Source: a virus
Lineage: Duplodnaviria > Heunggongvirae > Uroviricota > Caudoviricetes
Reading direction: 5' to 3' (one strand)
IMG/VR virus record: IMGVR_UViG_2778261375_000003
Length of the DNA stretch: 64,000 bases
Position numbers and translations under genes: made by a program
Notes under the pieces: generated by a model
The model's database searches: none
What the model saw: only the letters and a program-made list of their open reading frames with translations
What the model was told of the DNA's origin: nothing
Shown here: positions 43,905 through 51,989 of the stretch, one piece after another
Layout of the letters: each line of letters starts with the position of its first letter
Position numbering within the stretch: position 1 is the stretch's first letter

Positions 43905-45019
43905 GAACGTCATTAGTCACCCGTGAAGAGATGATCGAGGCAATTGAACAGCACACTGCCTGTATCAGTACCAGGGATATACCAGGCGTTATTGCCAACT
44001 ACTTCATGATCACCAAACAACTTTACCGGAGAAAGGACAAGAACGCGGTTCACCGTATCCTGTTGTCTGATATCCGCGAATACCTGCTCGAACAGGGTCA
44101 TCTGAATTACGCAACCGTCGCAGCCGAAGCACGCAAGGAGGCACACAGAATGAAAGCAACTAACGTTAAATCAGAAAAAATTCATGCACCTTCAGTTCAG
44201 GAATCGGAGCTGGTGGTTGTTCAGAATCAGTCTGATGAAATTCCCGTTCTGGAATGGCAGGGAGTGCGTGTAGTGACAACCGAGACTCTTGCTAGAGGGT
44301 ATGGGACAGAAACAATCCGTATTCGCCAAAATCATCATGAGAACAAAGTACGCTTTGTTGAAGGGAAGCACTTTTTCAAAGTTGAAGGAGAATCATTGCG
44401 CGAGTTGAAGCACAGAGTAGCTTTAAACTACTCTGTAAAAATTGCTCGCAATGTTCGCTCACTCACCCTCTGGACAGAACGCGGCGCAGCCCGCCACGCT
44501 AAAATGCTCGAAACCGATCAGGCATGGGCATTCTTTGAAAAACTGGAAGACAGCTACTTCCGACAAAAAGAACAGCAACCGATCGCAATCCCCCAGACGC
44601 TTCCTGAAGCCCTACGCCTGGCTGCCGAACTGGCTGAACAAAAGCAACTTCTGGAACAGAAAGCCCACCAGCTAAATCAGCAGCTGGTGGCCGCCGCTCC
44701 TAAAGTCGATTTTGCCGACCGGGTATCAGTAGCTAAAGGGATCCTGATTGGGAATTTTGCAAAGGTTGTTGGACTTAAGCAAAACGCGCTGTTTGTCTGG
44801 TTACGGGAGAACGGCATCCTGATAGCGTCCGGTGGACGTAAAAATGTGCCGTTCCAGCAGTACATCAACGCGGGGTATTTCACGGTGAAAGAAGTGGTGC
44901 TGGATGATGAAGATGGCTACCAGATACGGTTGACGCCTCAATTAACGGGTAAAGGCCAGCAGTGGTTGACGCGTAAACTGCTCGATGCTGGCTTGTTAAA
45001 ACCGGTGGCAGCTGAATAA
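43901..45019 (+). CDS. ant: Antirepressor-like protein (C-terminal KilAC-like domain)
   Basis: 372 aa; C-terminus DFADRVSVAKGILIGNFAKVVGLKQNALFVWLRENGIL. Confidence 0.6.
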   Translation: MRTSLVTREEMIEAIEQHTACISTRDIPGVIANYFMITKQLYRRKDKNAVHRILLSDIREYLLEQGHLNYATVAAEARKEAHRMKATNVKSEKIHAPSVQESELVVVQNQSDEIPVLEWQGVRVVTTETLARGYGTETIRIRQNHHENKVRFVEGKHFFKVEGESLRELKHRVALNYSVKIARNVRSLTLWTERGAARHAKMLETDQAWAFFEKLEDSYFRQKEQQPIAIPQTLPEALRLAAELAEQKQLLEQKAHQLNQQLVAAAPKVDFADRVSVAKGILIGNFAKVVGLKQNALFVWLRENGILIASGGRKNVPFQQYINAGYFTVKEVVLDDEDGYQIRLTPQLTGKGQQWLTRKLLDAGLLKPVAAE

Positions 45020-45051
45020 TGGAAGAATGCCCGGTTGATGCCGGGCATAAT

Positions 45052-45903
45052 TTATTGCGCGCTTTCGGGGTTGTCGTTTACTGGCTGCCCCTTCTTGGTT
45101 TTACGGCTGCGCGTAACTGATGCGGCTGACTTAACCTTTTTCTCTTCGCGAGTGATGGCAATTTGTTTTTTTACATTTTCAATATCTGCCAGGCGATATA
45201 TTTTTGCTTGCGGCCAGCGGTCGCAGATGATCGGTTCTATGGAGTCATAAAGGCTAAATTTTGCTTTTTCGAATTCACCGTTGATGATAATTCCATCACG
45301 GAGAGTTTCATCGCAGATAAACACGCCACACAGTGGCACATGGTAACTAACTGATTTACCATCATTGTAGTTAGGGCTACTGGAAATGTAGTGGACGCGC
45401 AGCATTGTTTCGCTAAAGCCGTGTACGCGCATACGGAATTTTTCATCCTCCGGGTACTGCCTCATTAGCTCTTTTGTTGCTTCCAGGTTCTCTATGTATT
45501 TCGCACTGTGCTCATTGATCCCCGCGCTTTTTTGGATGCGAATGTCCTTATCAATCAGATGAATAATGCGGCCAGCGGTCATGTTGACGCTGTTCACAGC
45601 TTCTGTCTGATAAGTTGTAACCTTGCGCACACCGCGAAGGATGTTAGGCACTGGATATAAAATAGTCTTTGGGATATTGAGGTCTGGGTACTGTTCCAGT
45701 TCCCGCGCCATTAAAGTCCATTTATCAATTTCAGCCTGAATGCTGTCAGTTTCTTTGAACGGTAGAACGACAACCGGGCGTACAGGACGACCGTCGCTGG
45801 CTGTATCAACGTGTTGGGCGCGTGCAACGGCTTTTTTTAGAAAGAGATCCCTGAAGCTGACGAACTCCTGGTACAGTTGTTCGCCGTAGACATAATTTAT
45901 CAT
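45052..45903 (-). CDS. c1: C1 repressor of lysis
   Basis: 283 aa, convergent with pacB/ant and downstream of coi; length and position match P1 C1. Confidence 0.85.
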   Translation of the reverse strand: MINYVYGEQLYQEFVSFRDLFLKKAVARAQHVDTASDGRPVRPVVVLPFKETDSIQAEIDKWTLMARELEQYPDLNIPKTILYPVPNILRGVRKVTTYQTEAVNSVNMTAGRIIHLIDKDIRIQKSAGINEHSAKYIENLEATKELMRQYPEDEKFRMRVHGFSETMLRVHYISSSPNYNDGKSVSYHVPLCGVFICDETLRDGIIINGEFEKAKFSLYDSIEPIICDRWPQAKIYRLADIENVKKQIAITREEKKVKSAASVTRSRKTKKGQPVNDNPESAQ

Positions 45904-45997
45904 TGATCCTCCTCCAGAATTGACATGGTCAATAACGCCCGGCTGAGAAAACCGGTCATTACTGACCTATATTATAGAGGGATCAAACAAAAATAAT

Positions 45998-46014
45998 AGA
46001 TTTATTAGTGCATT
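45998..46014 (-). promoter_or_regulatory. C1-operator-like motif in the coi-c1 intergenic region
   Basis: Reverse complement ATGCACTAATAAATCT. Confidence 0.45.
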
Positions 46015-46223
46015 TATTGTGAGTCTAACTGGTTAGTTGCCATGAGATATTCGATTGTGTCAGTGAGGTCATCCAGGTCGTCTTGGGTGATGCGGTACTC
46101 CTGATTGGATATCTTTGAGTAGTGTTCAGCAATGGCGCGGGCAGCGTCGGTTTCGGCAGGGTCTACAGATAAAGCGTTAGAGCAATGTCTAACGTCGTCG
46201 ATGGTTGGTTGAATGAAAGCCAT
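46014..46223 (-). CDS. coi: C1 inactivator
   Basis: 69-aa ORF immediately upstream of c1. Confidence 0.7.
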   Translation of the reverse strand: MAFIQPTIDDVRHCSNALSVDPAETDAARAIAEHYSKISNQEYRITQDDLDDLTDTIEYLMATNQLDSQ

Positions 46224-46461
46224 AATTATGCCTCACTGTATTGACAACACAGAGCCTGAAGCTCTGACCTACTGTTTCACCCATGATCCATGCTGGGGTA
46301 ATCTAACAACATTGCGCTGTGTGTAAGATGAGCAATGCATAGCTGTAATGCCGTTGTATAAGGTTTCCCTGTTTGCTCATTTCCTTCTGAGCCGCTCTAC
46401 AACGCTGAAGACACATTAAATAGTGAATCCAAAGTCGTATTACGTAACGTCGGCAAAACTA

Positions 46462-46478
46462 TAATTTATTAGAGCAAT
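46462..46478 (-). promoter_or_regulatory. C1-operator-like motif
   Basis: AATTTATTAGAGCAAT, the complement of ATTGCTCTAATAAATT. Confidence 0.55.
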
Positions 46479-46544
46479 TGTCAAACAACTATGAAAAACA
46501 ATCCAGTTTTTAGCTGGTGGAGTGGGATTTTTCTCTCAAAATTT

Positions 46545-46561
46545 ATTGCTCTAATAATTCT
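46545..46561 (+). promoter_or_regulatory. C1-operator-like motif
   Basis: ATTGCTCTAATAATTCT followed by CTTGATTTTTA. Confidence 0.55.
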
Positions 46562-46604
46562 TGATTTTTATGCGCAGCTGGACGTAAACTCCTCTTCAGA
46601 CCTA

Positions 46605-46638
46605 ATAACTTCGTATAGCATACATTATACGAAGTTAT
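46605..46638. other. loxP: loxP site-specific recombination site
   Basis: Exact ATAACTTCGTATA-GCATACAT-TATACGAAGTTAT (13-8-13); cre begins 411 bp downstream. Confidence 0.95.
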
Positions 46639-46819
46639 CTTAAGGGTTATTGAACATGATCAATTTACCTGTAAATCCATACAGTTCAATACCTTATCAG
46701 GTCAAATAGTGATCATTTGATCAAGGTTGCGCTACGTAAAATCTGCGAAATGTTGGCAGTGTTAGTGCTCCAGATTTCGCGTAGCGCACTTAGCACCACC
46801 AATCAATCAGAGGTGAAAA

Positions 46820-47041
46820 ATGGGATATTCAGCTGCTAAAGTGTCCACTCATATTGAGCTTGAGAAAAACCGTGGTTACTGGCGGGCAAAAGGGTTTGAT
46901 TGTGATAGTTGTCAACTGTCATTATCGCGCGGTGAAGAGAAAATAGAACGCACGCGCGGTCGCTGGCGTTTCTATGACGAGAACCATAAACAGGTAAAGG
47001 CAGAGCCGATCCTGTACACTTTACTTAAAACCATTATCTGA
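46820..47041 (+). CDS. Hypothetical small ORF in the loxP-cre spacer (may be non-coding promoter region)
   Basis: 73-aa ORF; no recognisable motif. Confidence 0.25.
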   Translation: MGYSAAKVSTHIELEKNRGYWRAKGFDCDSCQLSLSRGEEKIERTRGRWRFYDENHKQVKAEPILYTLLKTII

Positions 47042-47048
47042 GTGTTAA

Positions 47049-48080
47049 ATGTCCAATTTACTGACCGTACACCAAAATTTGCCTGCATTACCGGTCGATG
47101 CAACGAGTGATGAGGTTCGCAAGAACCTGATGGACATGTTCAGGGATCGCCAGGCGTTTTCTGAGCATACCTGGAAAATGCTTCTGTCCGTTTGCCGGTC
47201 GTGGGCGGCATGGTGCAAGTTGAATAACCGGAAATGGTTTCCCGCAGAACCTGAAGATGTTCGCGATTATCTTCTATATCTTCAGGCGCGCGGTCTGGCA
47301 GTAAAAACTATCCAGCAACATTTGGGCCAGCTAAACATGCTTCATCGTCGGTCCGGGCTGCCACGACCAAGTGACAGCAACGCTGTTTCACTGGTCATGC
47401 GGCGGATCCGAAAAGAAAACGTTGATGCCGGTGAACGTGCAAAACAGGCACTAGCGTTCGAACGCACTGATTTCGACCAGGTTCGTTCACTCATGGAAAA
47501 TAGCGATCGCTGCCAGGATATACGTAATCTGGCATTTCTGGGGATTGCTTATAACACCCTGTTACGTATAGCCGAAATTGCCAGGATCAGGGTTAAAGAT
47601 ATCTCACGTACTGACGGTGGGAGAATGTTAATCCATATTGGCAGAACGAAAACGCTGGTTAGCACCGCAGGTGTAGAGAAGGCACTTAGCCTGGGGGTAA
47701 CTAAACTGGTCGAGCGATGGATTTCTGTCTCTGGTGTGGCTGATGATCCGAATAACTACTTGTTTTGCCGGGTCAGAAAAAATGGTGTTGCCTCGCCATC
47801 ATCCACCAGCCAGCTATCAACTCGCGCCCTGGAAGGGATTTTTGAAGCAACTCACCGATTGATTTACGGGGCTAAGGATGACTCTGGTCAGAGGTACCTG
47901 GCCTGGTCTGGACACAGTGCCCGTGTCGGAGCCGCGCGAGATATGGCCCGCGCCGGAGTTTCAATACCGGAGATCATGCAAGCTGGTGGCTGGACCAACG
48001 TAAATATTGTCATGAACTATATCCGTAATCTGGATAGTGAAACGGGGGCAATGGTGCGCCTGCTGGAAGATGGTGATTAG
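47049..48080 (+). CDS. cre: Cre tyrosine recombinase
   Basis: 343 aa beginning MSNLLTVHQNLPALPVDATSDEVRKNLMDMFRDRQAFSEHTWKMLLSVCRSWAAWCKLNNRKWFPAEPEDVRDYLLYLQARGLAVKTIQQHLGQLNMLHRRSGLPRPSDSNAVSLVMRRIRKENVDAGERAKQALAFERTDFDQVRSLMENSDRCQDIRNLAFLGIAYNTLLRIAEIARIRVKDISRTDGGRMLIHIGRTKTLVSTAGVEKALSLGVTKLVERWISVSGVADDPNNYLFCRVRKNGVASPSSTSQLSTRALEGIFEATHRLIYGAKDDSGQRYLAWSGHSARVGAARDMARAGVSIPEIMQAGGWTNVNIVMNYIRNLDSETGAMVRLLEDGD; matches P1 Cre as I know it. Confidence 0.95.
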   Translation: MSNLLTVHQNLPALPVDATSDEVRKNLMDMFRDRQAFSEHTWKMLLSVCRSWAAWCKLNNRKWFPAEPEDVRDYLLYLQARGLAVKTIQQHLGQLNMLHRRSGLPRPSDSNAVSLVMRRIRKENVDAGERAKQALAFERTDFDQVRSLMENSDRCQDIRNLAFLGIAYNTLLRIAEIARIRVKDISRTDGGRMLIHIGRTKTLVSTAGVEKALSLGVTKLVERWISVSGVADDPNNYLFCRVRKNGVASPSSTSQLSTRALEGIFEATHRLIYGAKDDSGQRYLAWSGHSARVGAARDMARAGVSIPEIMQAGGWTNVNIVMNYIRNLDSETGAMVRLLEDGD

Positions 48081-48098
48081 CCGTCAACGCATAATAAA

Positions 48099-48115
48099 TT
48101 GCTCTAATTATTTGA
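48099..48115 (+). promoter_or_regulatory. C1-operator-like motif
   Basis: ATTGCTCTAATTATTTG, 18 nt after the cre stop. Confidence 0.5.
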
Positions 48116-48130
48116 TATTTATGGTGGCAT

Positions 48131-48442
48131 ATGAGAAAGGATTTCAACATCGACGGAAAATATGTAGTGCTGTCTGTAAGCACTAATATTCAGTCGCCAG
48201 CCGTCATTGTCACTGTAAAGCTGAGCGATAGAATGCCTGATATTGACTCAATATCCGTTGCGTTTCCTGTCAAAAGTATGCGTAGTGCTGAACATTTCGT
48301 AATGAATGCCACCGAGGAAGAAGCACGGCGCGGTCTTGGTAAAGTGATGTCTGAGTTTGTCGAATTTCTGGGGCTCGTTAACAAAGCCCTCACAATCAGT
48401 TCAGCAAGGTCCAAAGCGTTAACAGCTTCCATGATGAAATAA
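48131..48442 (+). CDS. cra: Cre-associated small protein (assigned by position)
   Basis: 103-aa ORF directly after cre. Confidence 0.45.
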   Translation: MRKDFNIDGKYVVLSVSTNIQSPAVIVTVKLSDRMPDIDSISVAFPVKSMRSAEHFVMNATEEEARRGLGKVMSEFVEFLGLVNKALTISSARSKALTASMMK

Positions 48443-48448
48443 AAAAAA

Positions 48449-48467
48449 GCCTGGCAAGGAGCCAGGC
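48449..48467. terminator. Hairpin terminator (T-run on minus strand)
   Basis: A8 then GCCTGGC-aagga-GCCAGGC. Confidence 0.45.
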
Positions 48468-48574
48468 TGCACAAAAGAGCGGGTTTGTATTCCGCATCCA
48501 ATCAATCAAGAAGGAGTATAGCACACAGGTACTGAAGTGAAAAAATGTGATTCGCGATAAACAAAATATCTACC

Positions 48575-48591
48575 ATTGCTCTAATTGATTG
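48575..48591 (+). promoter_or_regulatory. C1-operator-like motif upstream of ref
   Basis: ATTGCTCTAATTGATTG with an overlapping partial copy ATTGCTATAATTG; ref is known to be C1-controlled in P1. Confidence 0.6.
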
Positions 48592-48657
48592 CTATAATTG
48601 AGCCGCAGTTTTTGTCAACTACGAAGACGTGCCATTACTTAACTCCTTGACATCATA

Positions 48658-48683
48658 GGCGGCCATTAGGCCGCCTTTTTTTT
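48658..48683 (+). terminator. Intrinsic terminator or attenuator ending 7 nt before the ref start codon
   Basis: GGCGGCC-atta-GGCCGCC followed by T8. Confidence 0.5.
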
Positions 48684-48689
48684 GACCAT

Positions 48690-49250
48690 ATGAAAACAAT
48701 CGAACAAAAAATTGAACAGTGCCGCAAGTGGCAGAAGGCAGCCAGAGAACGAGCGATCGCTCGGCAACGGGAGAAGTTGGCTGATCCGGTCTGGCGAGAA
48801 TCTCAATATCAGAAAATGCGGGATACTATCGACCGCCGTATCGCTAAACAGAAAGAGCGCCCACCAGCCAGCAAAACGCGGAAAAGCGCGGTAAAAATAA
48901 AATCTCGTGGCTTGAAGGGGAGAACACCAACGGCGGAGGAACGGCGCATCGCCAATGCTCTTGGCGCTCTCCCCTGCATTGCCTGCTACATGCATGGAGT
49001 AATATCTGAAGAGGTGTCTCTGCACCATATCTCCGGTCGTACCGCGCCGGGTTGTCACAAAAAGCAATTGCCCCTTTGCAGATGGCACCACCAGCATGCA
49101 GCACCGGCTGAAGTAAGAGAAAAATACCCTTGGCTGGTCCCTGTTCATGCCGATGGTGTGGTTGGAGGCAAGAAAGAATTCACCTTGCTGAACAAGTCAG
49201 AGATGGAGTTACTGGCTGACGCCTATGAGATGGCAAACATCATGCACTAA
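48690..49250 (+). CDS. ref: Recombination enhancement function (HNH endonuclease)
   Basis: 186 aa MKTIEQKIEQCRKWQKAARERAIARQREKL...; HNH-like CIACYMHG ... HH ... CRWHH. Confidence 0.85.
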   Translation: MKTIEQKIEQCRKWQKAARERAIARQREKLADPVWRESQYQKMRDTIDRRIAKQKERPPASKTRKSAVKIKSRGLKGRTPTAEERRIANALGALPCIACYMHGVISEEVSLHHISGRTAPGCHKKQLPLCRWHHQHAAPAEVREKYPWLVPVHADGVVGGKKEFTLLNKSEMELLADAYEMANIMH

Positions 49251-49411
49251 TAAATATATTATTTTTAATGATAAATGATTGACAACTGACAAGTGACTTC
49301 AGTCAGAATCATCACACGCCCGGTACGGATGGATCCCTTTTCAAATATTCCATGGACGGCACAGTCTGAGTACCGGGCGCTACCTTCAGTTGTATTGCTA
49401 AGCCGCCGCTG

Positions 49412-50080
49412 GTGGCTTTTCTTTTTTGTAGGGGCGCTATGGATAAGAAAATATGCGTTGTTTCGATGAGCGTCGGCAAACCGGCGTCAATGACTGCTGC
49501 ATGGATCAATAACGAGCTGATAATGGCTGAGCGGACCAGCTACCCTGAACGCCGCCGCGACATGGAACTCCAGCTGCTGCGCGAATTGCGAGAAAAAGAG
49601 GAAAAGGGTTTTATCGTGCTGGTGGAAGAGGAAAACAGCTTTATTACTGGTCGAGTTGGCCAGCGTGTAAGGTTGCGCGATCCCTTCATGAACGGCAGGC
49701 CGGTACTAATTGAGGCAATGCAGATTTATAAGGAGCTGGAACGCCAGAAAGCAATCAAGTTACCGCGCAAGGAATCCGGCAAATACATCCTCCACCAAAG
49801 CATCTTCGATTCCGAACACGATAAAAAAGGCGATGAATTTTTCAACATCAATTGGAGCGAAATAACGACAGAGCATGTTCTGACGTTACTCTGTTGCTTT
49901 GCGACGGAATACAACAACGTTGCCAGCGCCGACTACATCAGGGCAATGGCTTGTGAAGTGGATAGTCGTGATGACTCATCGCTGATAGCGTCATATATAA
50001 ACATCATCAAGAAAACTCAAATTATGGGATGCGCTAGAGTTCCTCAAGGAATACTCACCGGAAAGAATAATATTCTATAA
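49412..50080 (+). CDS. mat: Particle maturation protein (assigned by position after ref)
   Basis: 222-aa ORF; start may be the internal MDKKICVV. Confidence 0.45.
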   Translation: MAFLFCRGAMDKKICVVSMSVGKPASMTAAWINNELIMAERTSYPERRRDMELQLLRELREKEEKGFIVLVEEENSFITGRVGQRVRLRDPFMNGRPVLIEAMQIYKELERQKAIKLPRKESGKYILHQSIFDSEHDKKGDEFFNINWSEITTEHVLTLLCCFATEYNNVASADYIRAMACEVDSRDDSSLIASYINIIKKTQIMGCARVPQGILTGKNNIL

Positions 50081-50123
50081 CCTACGAAGGTTATTTGTTA
50101 CTTTCTGCGTAAACCTACAACTA

Positions 50124-50145
50124 ACCTTCCTAAGTTAAGGAAGGT
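50124..50145. terminator. Hairpin between convergent mat and the DUF2971-like gene
   Basis: ACCTTCC-taagttaa-GGAAGGT. Confidence 0.4.
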
Positions 50146-50177
50146 ATTTATCATGAAGTGTAGACATAAGCGTATTA

Positions 50178-51218
50178 TTACATGGGCTTAACCACAACCT
50201 TTCCGTATATATCAAGTTTTGAATGTAATACGTTGACGTGAGACAATTCTTTATTCGAACTAACTTTATCTAAAATTATATTTTTATCTTTTTCAGTCAT
50301 GTTATACCCTAAGGTAATTTGCTTGAATGCAGAAAAAGGAATTTTCTTTAAGTTAATTTCATGATAGTCATGAAAAACATCAGGATACTCATTTAATAGG
50401 CAGTCATCAATCGATGGAGAGACAATGCTTCCTATTTTTCTCTCGCAATCAGCCAATGGAAAAATAATTCTACTTTCATTTTCAGGAAGCCACTCTTCAC
50501 CTTTTGTATAAAGAAGCCTATTAATAAAAAGCTCGCGAACTGAATCTCGATTTAAGATCCCATGCAATGTATTATCTTTATTCTTTATATCTATATTCCT
50601 CGATGGCGCAGGATAGCCATTAAATCGCACAGCGCCTTTATAATAGGTTACAGATGCTCTATCTTCTGGATTATAACTAACATCACACGGCCGATATATT
50701 TTGAAAAAATCGTGTGTTTCATCGAAAACTACAGCAAACCCCTTTCCTATCGATGCATAATGAGTCCACATGTGTAGATTGCAATCACTTTTTGATAGAG
50801 AGAACACACCAAGATGACAGCTTACGGCTTCTACTAAATAATCGTTAAGGTACGTTACTATTTCTTGGAGTTTAGATTCATCATATGAATCCATTGAGGT
50901 AAAACCTTCATTGATTAACAAGTGTGGAAAATCCTCTCCGTATCGTTTCCCGCAAGGTTTTAAATAATACTCTAACTCTTGTATAGATGGGACATAAGAT
51001 GGATCTCGTTGCATTTTCTTAAATTCATTTCTAGCCCATGCGTAATCGGCTGGTGAAAATTTATTAAAAAATGGAAGAAGTCGCGACTCACTCGACGGAT
51101 CATTAAGATACTTTGGTTGCGTTGCTCTAAAGAAACCATCCTCCAGACAAGATGTTCTAATGTGCATGCCCGGCCAAGGTTTATCCATATAACTCTCGCC
51201 TATATATTTAACTAACAC
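50178..51218 (-). CDS. DUF2971-like protein (candidate single-gene defence cargo); ATG at 51188 is the likelier start
   Basis: 346-aa ORF (GTG at 51218, or ATG at 51188 after GGCGAGAG). Core HLGVFSLSKSDCNLHMWTHYASIGKGFAVVFDE matches the DUF2971 signature as I recall it. Visibly AT-rich compared with flanking backbone. Confidence 0.6.
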   Translation of the reverse strand: MLVKYIGESYMDKPWPGMHIRTSCLEDGFFRATQPKYLNDPSSESRLLPFFNKFSPADYAWARNEFKKMQRDPSYVPSIQELEYYLKPCGKRYGEDFPHLLINEGFTSMDSYDESKLQEIVTYLNDYLVEAVSCHLGVFSLSKSDCNLHMWTHYASIGKGFAVVFDETHDFFKIYRPCDVSYNPEDRASVTYYKGAVRFNGYPAPSRNIDIKNKDNTLHGILNRDSVRELFINRLLYTKGEEWLPENESRIIFPLADCERKIGSIVSPSIDDCLLNEYPDVFHDYHEINLKKIPFSAFKQITLGYNMTEKDKNIILDKVSSNKELSHVNVLHSKLDIYGKVVVKPM

Positions 51219-51270
51219 TGTATGTCGATCCTGTTGTTTAAGCCCATATCATATGGGCTTTAAATGATTA

Positions 51271-51519
51271 TTAATCAGCATTCAGAAGCAATGCGTTATC
51301 TATGATGATCTGCTCCCATTCTTCGAATGCCCGATCGCGGACACCTTGGGGAACACTGTTAGTTTTGAAATCGACGACCGTCCGCCATTTCCCGTCCGGG
51401 CGGTACATGCGCAGAGCTTTACTTCCCCCTTCCCTGCGCACCTCAACGTTATGCTTGTCAGCAAACTCTTGTAATGCTCGTAGCGTCCCATGCTTTACTG
51501 TGTAGTATCGCTTTTTCAA
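51271..51519 (-). CDS. lxc: Lxc/Bof-like C1 co-repressor (assigned by size and position)
   Basis: 82-aa ORF immediately downstream of ulx and upstream of the mat/res-mod position. Confidence 0.5.
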   Translation of the reverse strand: MKKRYYTVKHGTLRALQEFADKHNVEVRREGGSKALRMYRPDGKWRTVVDFKTNSVPQGVRDRAFEEWEQIIIDNALLLNAD

Positions 51520-51956
51520 GTTTTCTCTCCAGCCTGTGCCAAGGCTTCAACTTCCAAATCGTAAGACTCAAACTCATAGTCCTGGTCGTCAACTTCTTCA
51601 GGCACTGGCAGTAAATGCCAGGCTGAGTATATCTGACCATTATCAAAACGCTCCTGGCTGTAGAGCGTCGCGGCTATGAGTGTTAGCGCCGGGCGGTCAT
51701 AACGGTAAATTTTGCGAACGTCACGGTCAACGAGACGACCGAAATTACCATAACCGCGCTCCAGTAATAATTTTTTAATTTCCGGCCAGTATGGACCATA
51801 GCTGCGGTACAGGCGGGGATTTTTCAGTAATCGCCCGCGTAGCCCTGACAGGAAGAAATCAACGTATTCGTCTTCTGTCTTTCCTAACAACGCCGTACGC
51901 AGTACCGCCTCAAGATATGTTTTATTCGGTTTTATTGTATCAGATAGTGTGGCCAT
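51516..51956 (-). CDS. ulx: Ulx-like protein (upstream of lxc)
   Basis: 146-aa ORF between darB and lxc, overlapping the lxc start by 4 nt. Confidence 0.5.
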   Translation of the reverse strand: MATLSDTIKPNKTYLEAVLRTALLGKTEDEYVDFFLSGLRGRLLKNPRLYRSYGPYWPEIKKLLLERGYGNFGRLVDRDVRKIYRYDRPALTLIAATLYSQERFDNGQIYSAWHLLPVPEEVDDQDYEFESYDLEVEALAQAGEKT

Positions 51957-51989
51957 ATTATGCGACGCCCGGCGAACCGGGCGCTCCTG

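Noticed and set aside
46173-46189. Weak operator-like sequence (complement ATTGCTCTAACGCTTT) inside coi
   Set aside because: About 12 of 17 matches and intragenic; too weak to call without binding data.
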